In this document: positions 12,603 to 24,500 of the stretch, one piece after another
Numbering within the stretch: the first letter of the stretch is position 1
Layout of the letters: the number at the start of each line of letters is the position of its first letter
DNA from: Podospora anserina
Lineage: Eukaryota
DNA: 64,000 nucleotides
Direction: 5' to 3'
Assembly (NCBI GenBank): GCA_017654855.1
Contig: CM030338.1
Span: 3,968,001 to 4,032,000, forward strand
Notes under the pieces: model-generated
Databases searched by the model: none
Told to the model about the DNA's origin: nothing
Seen by the model: the letters and a program-made list of their open reading frames with translations, nothing else
Translations under genes and position numbers: made by a program

Positions 12603-13940
12603 ATGTTGTCTTCAACCTGGGGCTCCCCCTCTGGGACAGTGCAACTTCCCAAAGAAGTAGCACCTTACACGGTTAACATCGACCAGGGACAGCTTGATCG
12701 GGCTCAGACTCTGCTCAAGCTATCCCCCATACCGGGAGAATGCTACGAGAATTCACTCCCCGACGGCAGCCGGAAGCTGGGGCTGAGAAGAGAATGGCTG
12801 GTGGAGGCTAAGCGTGTTTGGGAAGAGGAATTCAGCTGGTAACCAACCTCTCCTCTTTCTTTTCCCACTTGCGAGCACCTGTCTTGACAGTATCTTAGGA
12901 GAGCAGTCGAATCCCAGATTAACAGTTTCCCCAACTTCACCGCTTCAGTGCCCGTCAACGAACAAGGAGAACAGATCAACGTTCAATTCCTCGGAATCTT
13001 CAGCCAGAACCCCAACGCTGTGCCAGTCGTCTTTCTTCACGGATGGCCTGGCTCCATCTTGGAGTTTCTTCCCCTCTTCAGCCTTCTAAGAGAAAAGTAC
13101 CCGGATCCTGGTCGGTTACGGTTCCACCTGATTGCGCCCTCTCTACCTGGCTTTGGCTTCTCCGACCAGTTTCCCAATGACAGAAACTACGGCATGGAGG
13201 ATGTCGCCTTCGTCGTTGACTCGCTCATGGTTGGCACCCTTGGCCTCAAGAACTATGTAGTTCAAGGTGGCGACATCGGGTCACGCATTGCACGCGTTCT
13301 CGGCAACCGATGTGAGCAGTGCAGTGCCGTGCTCGTCAACTACAGCCCTGTTCCGCCGCCAGAAAGCTTTGACTTCACAACACTGAGCGAGAAAGACAAA
13401 AGGGGATTGGAAAGAGGTGACTGGTTCCGCAACGATGGATCTGCCTACGCCATGATGGCCGCCTCCAGACCAGGAACACTAGGATTGGCCTTGTCCGCCA
13501 GCCCTCTTGCGTTGCTGGCCTGGATAGGAGAAAAGTACCTCGACTGGACCGATCCCCTTTCCTTTACCCAAGACCAGACACTACCCAGCGGAGCTCGGTA
13601 CTCGAGAAAGTTGATGAATGAAATCATTGCCAGCGTGGCACTCTACTGGCTCACCGGCAAGATCCACACCAGCTTCTACTCCTACCGGGAGGCGTTTGCC
13701 CTCAACGGCCGGGCCCCGCCATCAAGCAACGCGCAGTTCCCGGTCATGGCGCCGAAAAAGGTGGGCATGATGTGGTTCCCGTATGAGGTCATCCCTACCC
13801 CAAGAGCATGGATAGAGAAGTACTCCAACCTGGTCTTTTGGAGGGAGGAGGAAGTAGGAGGGCACTTTGCACAGTTGGAGCAACCTGAGGTTCTGGCTAA
13901 AGGGTTGGAGGATTTCATCAAGGTTTTGCAGGAGAAATGA
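12603..13940 (+). CDS. Epoxide hydrolase (microsomal/EHN-type alpha/beta hydrolase), 2 exons
   Basis: Intron 12839-12898 restores FSW/RAVESQINSFPNF; HGWPGS oxyanion motif, PSLPGFGFS, nucleophile QGGDIG, catalytic GGHFAQLEQPE. Confidence 0.93.
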
Positions 13941-14027
13941 GAGCATCTTGATCTTTTATTCCTCTTATATGTACATCATTGTTGTCTGGTGTTGTTTTGA
14001 TACTAGGAAACAAACAGCTTCCACCGT

Positions 14028-14903
14028 TCAGACCCGAATAGTAACAGCAAAAACACCCTGTCCACCGCCGACATACGCAACGTTTCTGTCCCTGTCTGTC
14101 CGCCCAAAAGCACAGCTCGTGCTGCCCGTCACGGTCCCCACGCTCACGGGGCTGGGTCTGGCAGCCGTCGGGTCAACCTCGACCAGGGAGTTCCTGCTGT
14201 TGGTTGTGACATAAATCTTGCCGTTGGGGCCGAAGCAGAGGTCATCGCCCATGAGGTTGGTCCAGAGGGTGGTCTGGGCGCCCGTGCTCTTGGCCGTGAC
14301 GGGGTCGAGGGGGATCTTGTGAAACGAGTTGCGGAATATGTTGGTGTACCACAGCGTCCCGTTGGCGTAGCGGATGCCGTCGATGCCGAAGGGAATGCCG
14401 CCTGATGGGGCCATGGTCGGGTCGCGGGCAACTTCGGAGTAGACGCCCGTGTTCACGTCGATCTTGTAGACGTTGCCGCGACCGGCGTCGGCGACGAGGA
14501 CGGTCGAGTTGTCAAAGTAGGCCAGGCCGTTGAGATTCTGGGCTTCGGTGATGGTCTTGATGAGGGTGGAGCGGGGGGTGCCGGAGGAGAAGTCGACCTT
14601 GTAGATGGACTTGCCGCCGCCGATGACAGCGAACTGGTCGGGCTGGTACTCGGCGATTCCTGAGAGCCCGTTGGTGCCGGAGACGGAGAGGGCGGTGGAG
14701 GATGTCTTGGCTACGGGGTCGACCGAGTAGAGGGTTGCACTGTTCATGTTGGTGGCCAGGATGAGGCCGTTGGAACGGACGGCGACATTCTCGATCGAGT
14801 TGATGCGGACAACCTGCTGAGCGGCCTGTCGTGGGGTGATTGGGCTTGCTGAGCCGAGGCTGGCGCTGGCCAACAGGGAGACAAGAGCTACTTGGGACAG
14901 CAT
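14028..14903 (-). CDS. Secreted six-bladed beta-propeller, SMP-30/gluconolactonase-like
   Basis: Signal peptide MLSQVALVSLLASASLGSA; IENVAVRSNG, LNGLA, VLVADA, GIDGIRY, GDDLCF and TSCAFGRT motifs. Confidence 0.8.
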   Translation of the reverse strand: MLSQVALVSLLASASLGSASPITPRQAAQQVVRINSIENVAVRSNGLILATNMNSATLYSVDPVAKTSSTALSVSGTNGLSGIAEYQPDQFAVIGGGKSIYKVDFSSGTPRSTLIKTITEAQNLNGLAYFDNSTVLVADAGRGNVYKIDVNTGVYSEVARDPTMAPSGGIPFGIDGIRYANGTLWYTNIFRNSFHKIPLDPVTAKSTGAQTTLWTNLMGDDLCFGPNGKIYVTTNSRNSLVEVDPTAARPSPVSVGTVTGSTSCAFGRTDRDRNVAYVGGGQGVFAVTIRV

Positions 14904-15619
14904 CGTGATGGATGGTTTCTCACAGGGAGGGTCAAAAATCTGAGCTTGATGGAGAGGAGGACAGGTCACAAAAGGTCAATCTCGGCAGCGGTGAGTCCCT
15001 TCAAATAGCTACATTCCAGTCCAGCAAGCTATCCCAAACATAACCCCTCAGATCATCAGCCTAGTCCCCTGGAGAAGCGAGGAGGAGGACCGGAAGGGCC
15101 CGGTATAAATGGGTCTTGGCACGTATTTTCCAATTGCGGCTCGCGGGTACGTTGATCGACAATTATTCCTCGGACGCAGCCTAAATGACGAACTCGACAG
15201 AGTCTGGGGTAGGCAATCTGGCTAATCCCGACACCACCAATTATCACCAGCCGCAGCTGACGTCCTCCGTCCGAGGCTTGTTTGTGCTTGTTTCTGCTCG
15301 TTTGTTGCTTGTTTATATGCGGTGTCTACTAATGCGGTCCGATCAGGGATGCATGTTTCCATTCATGACTAAACAAGCTTTCGTCAACAAATCTCGGTGG
15401 TTCTGTGAGTTTGTACATATGATATTCTTGACTGGGATGTGTAAGCCGGGCAGTCAACAGTGTTGGTATGACTAAAGGTCTCAAGGAGCACATCGAGATA
15501 AAACACAAGCTGTATCAGGACTGTAGAGTCGGACATGGATAAGAATGTATGCCTCGGCCAAAAAGAATATCTCTATAGCAAAAACAAATCCACACGTGAA
15601 CAGCAAAAGAATAGACAAT

Positions 15620-15703
15620 TGGACGAGTTGGGAATCGAACCCAAGACCTTTCGCATGAGATGCTGTTGCAAAGCGAACGCGCTACCAATTGCGCCACACG
15701 CCC
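15620..15703 (-). tRNA. tRNA-Ala (TGC) with ~11-nt intron
   Basis: Reverse complement GGGCGTGTGGCGCAATTGGTAGCGCG TTCGC TT TGC A[intron]T GCGAA..GGTTCGATTCC..CTCGTCCA; G3:U70 Ala determinant; TTTT downstream. Confidence 0.93.
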
Positions 15704-15740
15704 GATCTGATATCAGGAGATCTGATGAGGTTAGGAATGC

Positions 15741-15825
15741 TGGACGAGCTGGGAATCGAACCCAGGACCTTTCGCATACAGGGGAGTATGCTAAGCGAAC
15801 GCTCTACCAACTGAGCCACACGCCC
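15741..15825 (-). tRNA. tRNA-Ala (AGC) with ~12-nt intron
   Basis: Reverse complement GGGCGTGTGGCTCAGTTGGTAGAGCG TTCGC TT AGC A[intron]T GCGAA..GGTTCGATTCC..CTCGTCCA; G3:U70. Confidence 0.93.
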
Positions 15826-17988
15826 TCAATAACCTTGAATGGATGATGATCCTGGTCAGAAGACGTAGTTTTGTTTGGATTCATTTATGCTACGTAGTCT
15901 TGGATTCAGAACGACAAGACTGTGAGAGTATAGTGTAAAATCACTTCAATGAATTGACGAAGCTCGGCGCAGTGGTTGGAATTCAGCCTTGCCATAAAAA
16001 GACATCATGGATTCTGTTTCCGGTACAACTGATTGCGAAGTGGTTCCTTGCATTGCTTGTTTCATTTGGCATGACTGTTCCGCACCCAAATCAAGATCTG
16101 CCACAGAGAGGATTGAGAACTATCACATCCGAGATTTACTATCCGGTCCGGAGCCCGTGGTGACGTCGCATAGAAGACAAGGCATGATACCTGTCCGCCC
16201 ACAGCCTTGTATGTATATACAGCACGAAACATGCACACGGCCCCGTCTAATTGTTTATTTGGCTGCCTAAAGCTTAGCTATCGTTTATCATATCCGGGAC
16301 TAGTCACGCCTCTCCTTGTGCCATTAGACAGCTCTATTAATCCTTCATCCCAACTTTCAAAAGTCGGCCCCCACGGGGAAAGGGGAAAACGGCACTTGTG
16401 TTTCTGGAGCGTTGCACAATGCGGATGGATTGTCCCGAGAATCCCTCGGGAGCTTTTTAGATCTCGGTGACTCGAAGGTTTTATTTTTGTTGTGTTGCCA
16501 TTGCATCATAGGCTGCGTGCGTGGTAATGGATTCAAGGCAATTCATGAGAAAGGTCCTCCATTATGAAGGATGACTCGGTGTGCGGAAACCTTGCGCTTT
16601 GCAGAATGATTGATATCAGTTGTTGATATACGGGCTGCATGGTTTAGTGAGACAAATACAAACCAGTCCTTTTTACTGTGACTCAGGCGAGGCCAGTGTT
16701 CAATGGGGAGATGGATTCCAATACCACCCACACAGGGACGTCCTCCGAAGCTAGGTCGATCCCACGGCCAGAAAGTAACGGCCCGGAACTTTCCTGGTGC
16801 ATTGTAAGATACCTGTAGATCGTAGACATATACTCTTTTTGCTGGTAGCAAAAGGAAGGTGGATGACAAAGCCAGAGCCGAGAGGAGGCTCGGTAAATGT
16901 CGTACGACAGCAAATAAAAAGATCAGACGAAAGATGAGGACGAAACAATGTTTTCACCTCATCACCTGCCAGTATTACTCGAGGTGGCGTTTAGGCCTGA
17001 TTGTGAGGTTTGCATGCAGGTGGCCCGGAGGCTAGGGATCACGCACGACCGAGACCCGTGGCCGCCGACAACTGAAAGCCGAAAATACCAGGCCTCGAAA
17101 TGCGGCGATACTGGATATGTGGAGTTGAGCGGCAAAGGGGTGGCCAAGGAGAAGGCCGAGATTAAGCTACTGCGGGATTCCCGGCAGGAGACACGTTTTG
17201 TACAAGAGACGACGATGTGCCGCAGTGGTGCTGATAAAGCAACTAACGATTGTATCAGCCTTGCATAGTCCTTTTGAAACAGGTACAGCCTTCTTCCCCA
17301 TATTGTTTTGACATGACGGTCGTACAGCTCCTGGAATCTTACATGCATCCGGCCGAAGGACCGGAATGAGCTCTCGACATAGAGACTAGCAAAGAAGTGA
17401 AGGTGGAGAGTGGTTATTTTGAAGGATGATGATTTGGGGGCCGTTCTCTGAAGGCACTGACGTCATGGGCATGCGTGGCTGGATGCTCGCACTCGATGGG
17501 AACTTGTTGTTCAACACCGCCCGCCAAAGTCTATGTTTACTGGTGCAAGCAGACCTTTTGCTTTCTGGACATTTGATGACAGGAGCGGGCGGTGATGTCT
17601 CTCCCGATGGCCGGGTGATAGAGCTGGAGCTCATCTCTGGGTATGTGGCTGATGGTGTGTTTGACCCCGCCGGTAGTCGGCTGAGACAATGCTTCATTCG
17701 AAACATGGTAAGAGCACCGCATCGAAGGATGAAAGCATGGAAGTCAAACTGGCTTCGCCGCATCTCTACCGCTTCACCATTCTGAGCACCGTTCCACTCG
17801 GCTGGGAGAAATGAAATCCGTTGTGTGTCGGGGAAGCTGGTCCGGGGCACAGCGGTGCATTCCAGCATGTTGGGTCAGGGGTTGATTGGCCGCCTTGCCA
17901 ATTTGGGAGTGGCATCGCCAGCATCGACAACTAACACGGCACACCAGTGAACCAACGCCGGCGCTTCGAGGACGAGAGATGCTCCAAG

Positions 17989-18021
17989 TTTTTTTGTTTT
18001 TGTTTTTGTTTTTGTTTTTGT
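17989..18021 (+). repeat. (TTTTTG)n microsatellite
   Basis: About five tandem TTTTTG units read directly. Confidence 0.85.
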
Positions 18022-19116
18022 GTAGGTGGCGTGTTCTTGGTGTTCGCTGCGTATTTTGACGAACATATTGCTCTCCAGGAGACCGGCACAACGGCCCAGG
18101 GCAAAAGGTTCGGTATGTGGACAAAGTCGGCATTCGTGCAGGTCAGTCAGCCCGGAGATAACTGCTCTGTCTGGTACTACCTGCTCGCTTGTGCGGGACG
18201 GGTCCGAAAAACAACGACCGGGCCGAGCAATCTGGTCCGGATCCGGGGGTCGCCCACGGAGGGCCCCCCACCCCATTTTCTTCCATCGCCCGCCGTACCA
18301 CCAACAAATCGCCCTCGGGGCTTTCATGGGGCCAAAAGCTGTTGGAGTTAATCTTCCATGATTATGAGGGTGACGGGGTTTGGCACGCGATAGGTGTTTG
18401 ATACCGCCGGTGTTGATGCATGTTGATAGCTTGGCAAACCGTCCCAACGCCGGCTGTTCCCCCGCTACTCCCGAGTGGCGCTCTTGACGCCGCAATATCA
18501 AGAATAGCTGACCTCATGGGCAGCTCCGAAACCCTCGTACGAGAGAGTCGGCTTTCCCGGGCGAAGAATATGGAGATCGGTTTCGGAAATATCGATGAAT
18601 TTATCTGATGCATGCTGATGGCACATTTTCAGCCACTACCCGACTGTGCAAAACTTGACATGAGAAACGTGATGAATGGAGGTTGATTTGTGATCAATAG
18701 CAGTATCCGATGTCATTGGAAACAACAGTTGTATTCCCAAGTCTAAGCCAAGATTTGTATCTCTAAACTATATAGAATAACAATGAACAGAATCAAAAGG
18801 CCTATGTTGAAGGAAAGTCGCGAATCGCCCATGCTGACATGGACGTGACAAAAATGTGGTATGATACAGAGCTCTCCCTCGCGGGTCACTTCTGTATCGA
18901 TGCAGTATCTATCTAAAGCCTCTAAATCTCGGTCTATCGTGTATAAGTGCTGATCATAAGAATGCTCCGTGAAAGCCGTCTCGCCATGGAAATGCTGGTC
19001 ATGTTGTACAAGTTCGTTGCGTCCTGATAGATGGTCAGCAAGATACCTTGAGCTTGTCAATGACAGATTTCAATGTGTGCAGCCAACGTACCATAATCAT
19101 ACAAAGTTCCGTCCCT

Positions 19117-19314
19117 CTAGAAGTTGACAAACTCGTACAACCTCCTGCAGTCCTCGCAGTCCTCATAGCTGATGACTTTGAAAACCTTGTCGCGGCGACT
19201 GTCGAACCGGCATTCACCGTATATGTAGCGAGTGTAGACGGTGCAGGAGTAAGCTTGCCTACGGACTTTGCTCCGGTGCTGGCACGCATAGACGGTTTCC
19301 TCCCAGTTGCACAT
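19117..19314 (-). CDS. Small Cys-rich protein (65 aa), putative zinc binder
   Basis: MCx8C-x-H...C...C...CxxC pattern typical of small ascomycete proteins; good start context (CAACCATG); (TA)5 TATA-like tract at 19502-19511 upstream. Confidence 0.65.
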   Translation of the reverse strand: MCNWEETVYACQHRSKVRRQAYSCTVYTRYIYGECRFDSRRDKVFKVISYEDCEDCRRLYEFVNF

Positions 19315-22054
19315 GGTTGCTCGTGTCGTGAGTGACTAGGTATCTACTCCTGTCTCGAAAGTGTGTCGGTGGGGGATGAGGTGTCGATGTTGACGATGGC
19401 GCTGGCTCAACGAGTTGAGTGGAGAGCCGAGTTGAGTAAAGAGGGATCTCGATGTGTGTGGTGATACTGGAACAAGTCTGAGAAAGTGATGTGGGCGTCT
19501 GATATATATATCTGGTTATGGAGATGCTGTCTTCCAATTCAAGGTAGACTGGCAGGCCCCGGTACGGTTCTCAACTGCTAGCAATACAGTGCTGCTCTTC
19601 AAGGAGAGAAATCGAACTACACGGTGGGTGTCGATCTGGCCAACAAATAAGGCGGATTGGTCACGGAAGAGGAGGCTAGACAGGTACAGGTCCACCCCTA
19701 GCACCGGGTGGTCATTGTCTAGACAAAGCCTCCCCGATTCACACATGGCGGCCGTGCCTCAGTGAAGAATGCCTTGGAAGCCAAACCAAGATTGGGACGT
19801 ACCTGACTACGGGTACACGAACTGGTGGTTGAAGACGTGGGATTTCGGCCAAGCACCCGGGCCGCTCGTGGCAGTGGTGGTACATACCACACTCATTTGG
19901 GAGCCGACAGGACACTAAATTGGCAGTGACTGTGAGTGAGTGCATCTCAAATCCCTGTTAAAGTAGGGAAAGTACGGCTACCACCTCGCGGCGCAGTTCC
20001 TGGAGTGGGAGTGTGGCTTCGCCTCCTTAACAGAAGTCGGTTGGTTTTGATGTGGGAGTACGAGAAGTTTCATTGGTGCATTTTAGTGCGTGGTTGGTTG
20101 GTGGCATTAAGCGCGACCTAGCAGGGGGGCCAAGTCTTCTTGAACTGACTGTGTGCTGTGCACTCAACCATGACACAAAGATATGCGCTGGATCCAAATT
20201 GACTACATTTATGGAAAAATGGAGTGCAAGATCAAACATGAGACTCGAAACCTGAGGCAAAGCACATCCAGCGAGGCGGACATGTATCTTGAGCAGGTGC
20301 TCATAAAAGTATGGAGAGTATCAATGCATGCCCATCGGCCGCTCGTCCTGTGACTCTGGGATTTTGAATTCTGATTCAGTGAACGTAAACCATCCAGTGG
20401 CCTGTTGCCAGAAGAACTGCATTCTGCGACGAAATGACGCCTGAGCCAATACAGAAGAATATCATTGAGTCAAAGTGGTAGGAACAATAGAAGCGAATCC
20501 ACTGCACGAGGCCACCTTTTCAGCCCTATGATCGGCAGCACAGTGGTGATCATATCTGTGCCGTTAGATTGGTCAACATGCGTTCCATTAGATCGGTATC
20601 AAGCGTGCAGCCTACCGGATTGCTTTCCCTTGAATTTAACCACCGAGCATCCCGATCTGGGTTCACATGCTTCACTATTGGTGTTTACGTCAAAGTTTGT
20701 GTCATGATCGAATCACTTTTGAACTTGGAAGCAAACAACCAGGAGAACACTCGCCCATCTTCGGACTGTTAGTTCATGGCTTTCGAGTCCACCATCGTTT
20801 GCCCAACAGGATATGCATTCTCGCACGAGATTGGTTATATCGACTACTTTTCACAATCTCCGAATCACATGTGGCGATCTTCATTCAAACCTGTGAGTTT
20901 GCACCATTCTCTACCGATGCCGTTGGCAGTTTTCAACTTTACATTGGCTCGCCAGCGTGTTTAGAACCCGTCATCGGATGCCTACCCCCTTTCTTTCCTG
21001 TTGGACCCGACAGATCGGATCACAGGCAAGAGACGACCAGGCCTCCTGTTTGAATTTCTTTGTACGGAATCTCTCTGGCTTCTAGACGACAGGAGACTGA
21101 CTCAGGGTAGGTATGGCCGCATGTTGGGCCTGCCAGCGGGCGAATCAGTCGGACGGAGAAGTGCGAATATCCAATCATTTCAGAGGCCTTACACCAACGA
21201 CCAGAGGGCGGTGCGTGCGCGCTATGCCTATTGCAGCATCATATGTCTGGGGCTAGTTGCAAAACCTCCAAGAGGGCTCCAAAAACAAAACTGAAGGCAT
21301 GTGAATGAGGACCATGAGAAATAATAAAGACGCATATCACACAGAGTGTAAAAGATGTCTTGTTGGTTGGAAAACTCACATGTCTTGCCTGGGCCTGGTT
21401 CGTGACTGGACACATTGACTCGGTCGGCATTGTTGGTTGTGGAGGGCGGCCGCCAAGTCGGGACGGGCGATGCGCGGCCTGCGTCCTCACGGGATACGAA
21501 CCGGTGATCATCGCGGGGAATATTCACCGGGTGCGGAGTGGCTGGCGATCAAATGCAGGTCTGGAAGTTCACCTTCCCTATGCCGTGGGGAAAACTGAAG
21601 GGACCAAGTCACACATCAAGGCAGCTTCCCCTTTCTTGCCTGTTCTTGTGTGGCTACCTGGAGCAAGAAGCCAAAGTCAACACGGCATGACATCTTGGAG
21701 CTATGACTTGACTTAGGTAATTCTCTAATCTAAGGGAGGTAGCCGATGTTTCTGCTGATTTGTGAGGTCATGGTGTTCTGCCCTGGGTGGCATCCCCTCA
21801 CCAATTCTGGCTAAACCACAGAGCAGCATTTGCATATGCGATAGTCCTTTGATAATATCCAGCGCGGGGTGATCATAGGAGATATGTAGCATAGGTATTC
21901 AAGTCGGCACGGCAGATAGTTCAAGTCGGTAAAGATGACACTGCAGTGAACGGTTATAAATGCTCTTGTAGTAATGTAGCAACGGAAACGTCTACCCGCA
22001 CGCATTCTCAAGTATGTGGTCGAAATCATGTACCTCCTCGTAAACAAAAAAATC

Positions 22055-22928
22055 ATGATTGCCTCTCGCCTTCTGTTGTCGCTTCTTCTCTCTCTTTCCG
22101 GTGTCTTGGGCCGTACGTTATTTTCATTGCCTATTCAACCCCGTACCGAAATAGTTACTCACCGTTAACATCACACTCACAACAGAACGTTGCCAATGGT
22201 CCCATCTACGTCAATCTTCCGACCGCTACTCGGAGCTTCAAACCAGCCCCCAGCATACCCCCTCACCATCTGACCCCCTCTTCTTCCCCGCCCCGAAGCC
22301 CTACCCATTCTACAACAACGCCATCCTCACCCCCCTCAACCAAACCATCCTCGCAACCACTCAAGTCCGCCCTTTACACACCCATTCCATCATCGACCAA
22401 GAGGGCTGCTCAAGCTACACCCGTCTAATCACCAACGACGCCATCTTGGCAGTGCAGATATTCTACGAATCCGCCACCAACACCGGGGGAGTGCCCCTCA
22501 GAGTTAAGGAGATTCACACTGTGTACTTCCTTGCTCCGGGGAACAGTACCGAAAAAATTCAGGCCAATGTGAAGAGAGAAACGTGGCCGAGTTTCAGCAG
22601 GTCGGATCAAGATGCAAGATCGACCTTGAAGGGGGTATTTGATGCGTATTTGGATGCGAATGGCCCTGTCGCGTGGGCGGGCAGCTGTTCGATGCTTGAT
22701 TCTGGAAAGGGTGGTGATCTCAGAGCTGGGCAGGGAGATCAGTGTGCGGAGCTGAGGCTGCAATTGAAAGAAGGTCAAAAGATAGAGCAGAGAATGTATG
22801 TGATTGACGTGTCTCTTGGCGCGGTGACTGTGTCGGGGGTGGTGGGGGGAAAGGTGGCAGGGTTTGAGGGGAGGGTCGTGAAGGGGAAGTTGGAGTATGT
22901 GCACCAGTTTGGTGACTACTGCTCCTGA
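22055..22928 (+). CDS. Secreted protein of unknown function (possibly DUF8021-like), 2 exons
   Basis: Exon 1 22055-22112 encodes signal peptide MIASRLLLSLLLSLSGVLG; intron 22113-22185 (GTACGT..TTAAC..CAG); exon 2 reads QRCQWSHLRQ...IIDQEGCSSYTRL and continues into the 22446-22928 ORF. Confidence 0.75.
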
Positions 22929-23881
22929 TTGCGTGAGAGCTTGACAGTTTTGGAGACAGTGTGTCAAGTAACTGCCTACGTACCAAGTATAAAACTGGGA
23001 AATTCAGGGGTTCAGGGGTTCAGAGGTTCGCGGGTGTGCTGGGGTGCAGAGGAGGTACCGAGACTCGTGAACAATTCAATGTCTCACATTGCCAGCCCGC
23101 TTAGTTGACCAAGCAAAGTCTATAGACAAATTCATCGGATGCAGGATAGGCATTACCAACAGTGTTGGTCGGAAGAGGGCGATAAGGGCCCGGAGTTGGT
23201 GGTGGACTGCTCGCTGAGAGAGGCATACACCACGGTGGGTGCCTCACGGCCCTATCTGCACGTTTGTAATGGACGAAGGAATATACCGGGTACCTTACAG
23301 GACACGGTCAGATTCTGTCTCACGGGTGGGTCGTTCTATTACGTCTCTTTTAGAACTAACCGTTGATATCCGCTCCCTCCTGCACACCATCTCCGGCCTA
23401 ACTGACCCTGGCTGCCAGCTGCCTGACTTATGCGCGTCATCAGCCCTATAAGGCTTGCCACGCGTCCAGCCACTTCCAGTCATGCCATGCTTTTGCCTTC
23501 CTCACACCCGCAACACCCACATGTAAGCCCAACAAGTGCTGTTGGGTCGACCAATTTCCCCTTGATTGCTTGTGATCTGCGGCTGCGTGATAGCTTCCTG
23601 TGGGGGCGGTTGGTCCCGCAAATCGGCTTGAGATGACTGGTTTGGCTGTTGGCGATTTATAGACAAGGTACATGCATTACGTAGCTATGTATCTAGGCGG
23701 GTGTTGAAGGGATGCTTTCCGTGGAAGGCTATTAAACGGAATCAGGTGTCGTTGGTGCGTCCCAACTAAGACTAGGCATCTAGGCAGTGTAGTCAATGAG
23801 CTAAGCTGAGCTAAGCAGGCCCTGGGCTCGCCTCGGCTTACTTACTTTAACTCACTACTTAGCTTAGGATTATTTACTACT

Positions 23882-24248
23882 TGTGACGAACCCCTGTACA
23901 GAACCTCTGAAAGGGATACTGGTTGAAGGCTACTTCTGACAATTGGTTCGGTGCGGCTAAACAGCGCACAACAAGATGTCTCAATGTAAACACAAGATAC
24001 CGTGAATACAAGCTGTGAATTGCATACTGCGGAACTGTCCATCTACACCAGCCAGTTCCTCCGTATATATAGACCTTAACCTCCAAGTACCTCCGTACCT
24101 GGATCTATCTATTCTTTCCTAGATCCCATGGATCTAGCTTCCAACTCCTAGATCCCCTAGTCCGTGTTATTCCCTGCTCCACAGGCCCCACTTATCCGTC
24201 GCTCGTTCTCACTGGCCCGAGCGACCCCGCTTCTTCTGAACCGTGACA
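23882..24248 (-). mobile_element. Solo LTR, family 1 (crapaud-like), copy A
   Basis: TGTGACG...CGTGACA termini, 5-bp TSD CTACT on both sides, internal TATATATA; about 190 bp shared with three other copies in the window. Confidence 0.88.
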
Positions 24249-24500
24249 CTACTCGCTTTAAATTATAATATTAGTAATCTTCTTAGACGTAATGATTTTG
24301 GCTCGATTTAGTAAAATAAATATTAATTTCTTAACTATTTATAGTAATTTAATAGTATGAAAAATAAATAATAAAAAACCTTTATAATTTAAAGTCCTTT
24401 TAAAAGCACTCATAATAATATAAATATTTTATTATATAAACCGTTTCTTTATTTAACCTATATCATTAAAAGCTATATATAAATTTAATTTTATAAAGTA

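Noticed and set aside
20700..20964. Protein-like reading MIESLLNLE...*FMAFESTIVCP
   Set aside because: Interrupted by a stop, no family motif and no supportable gene model
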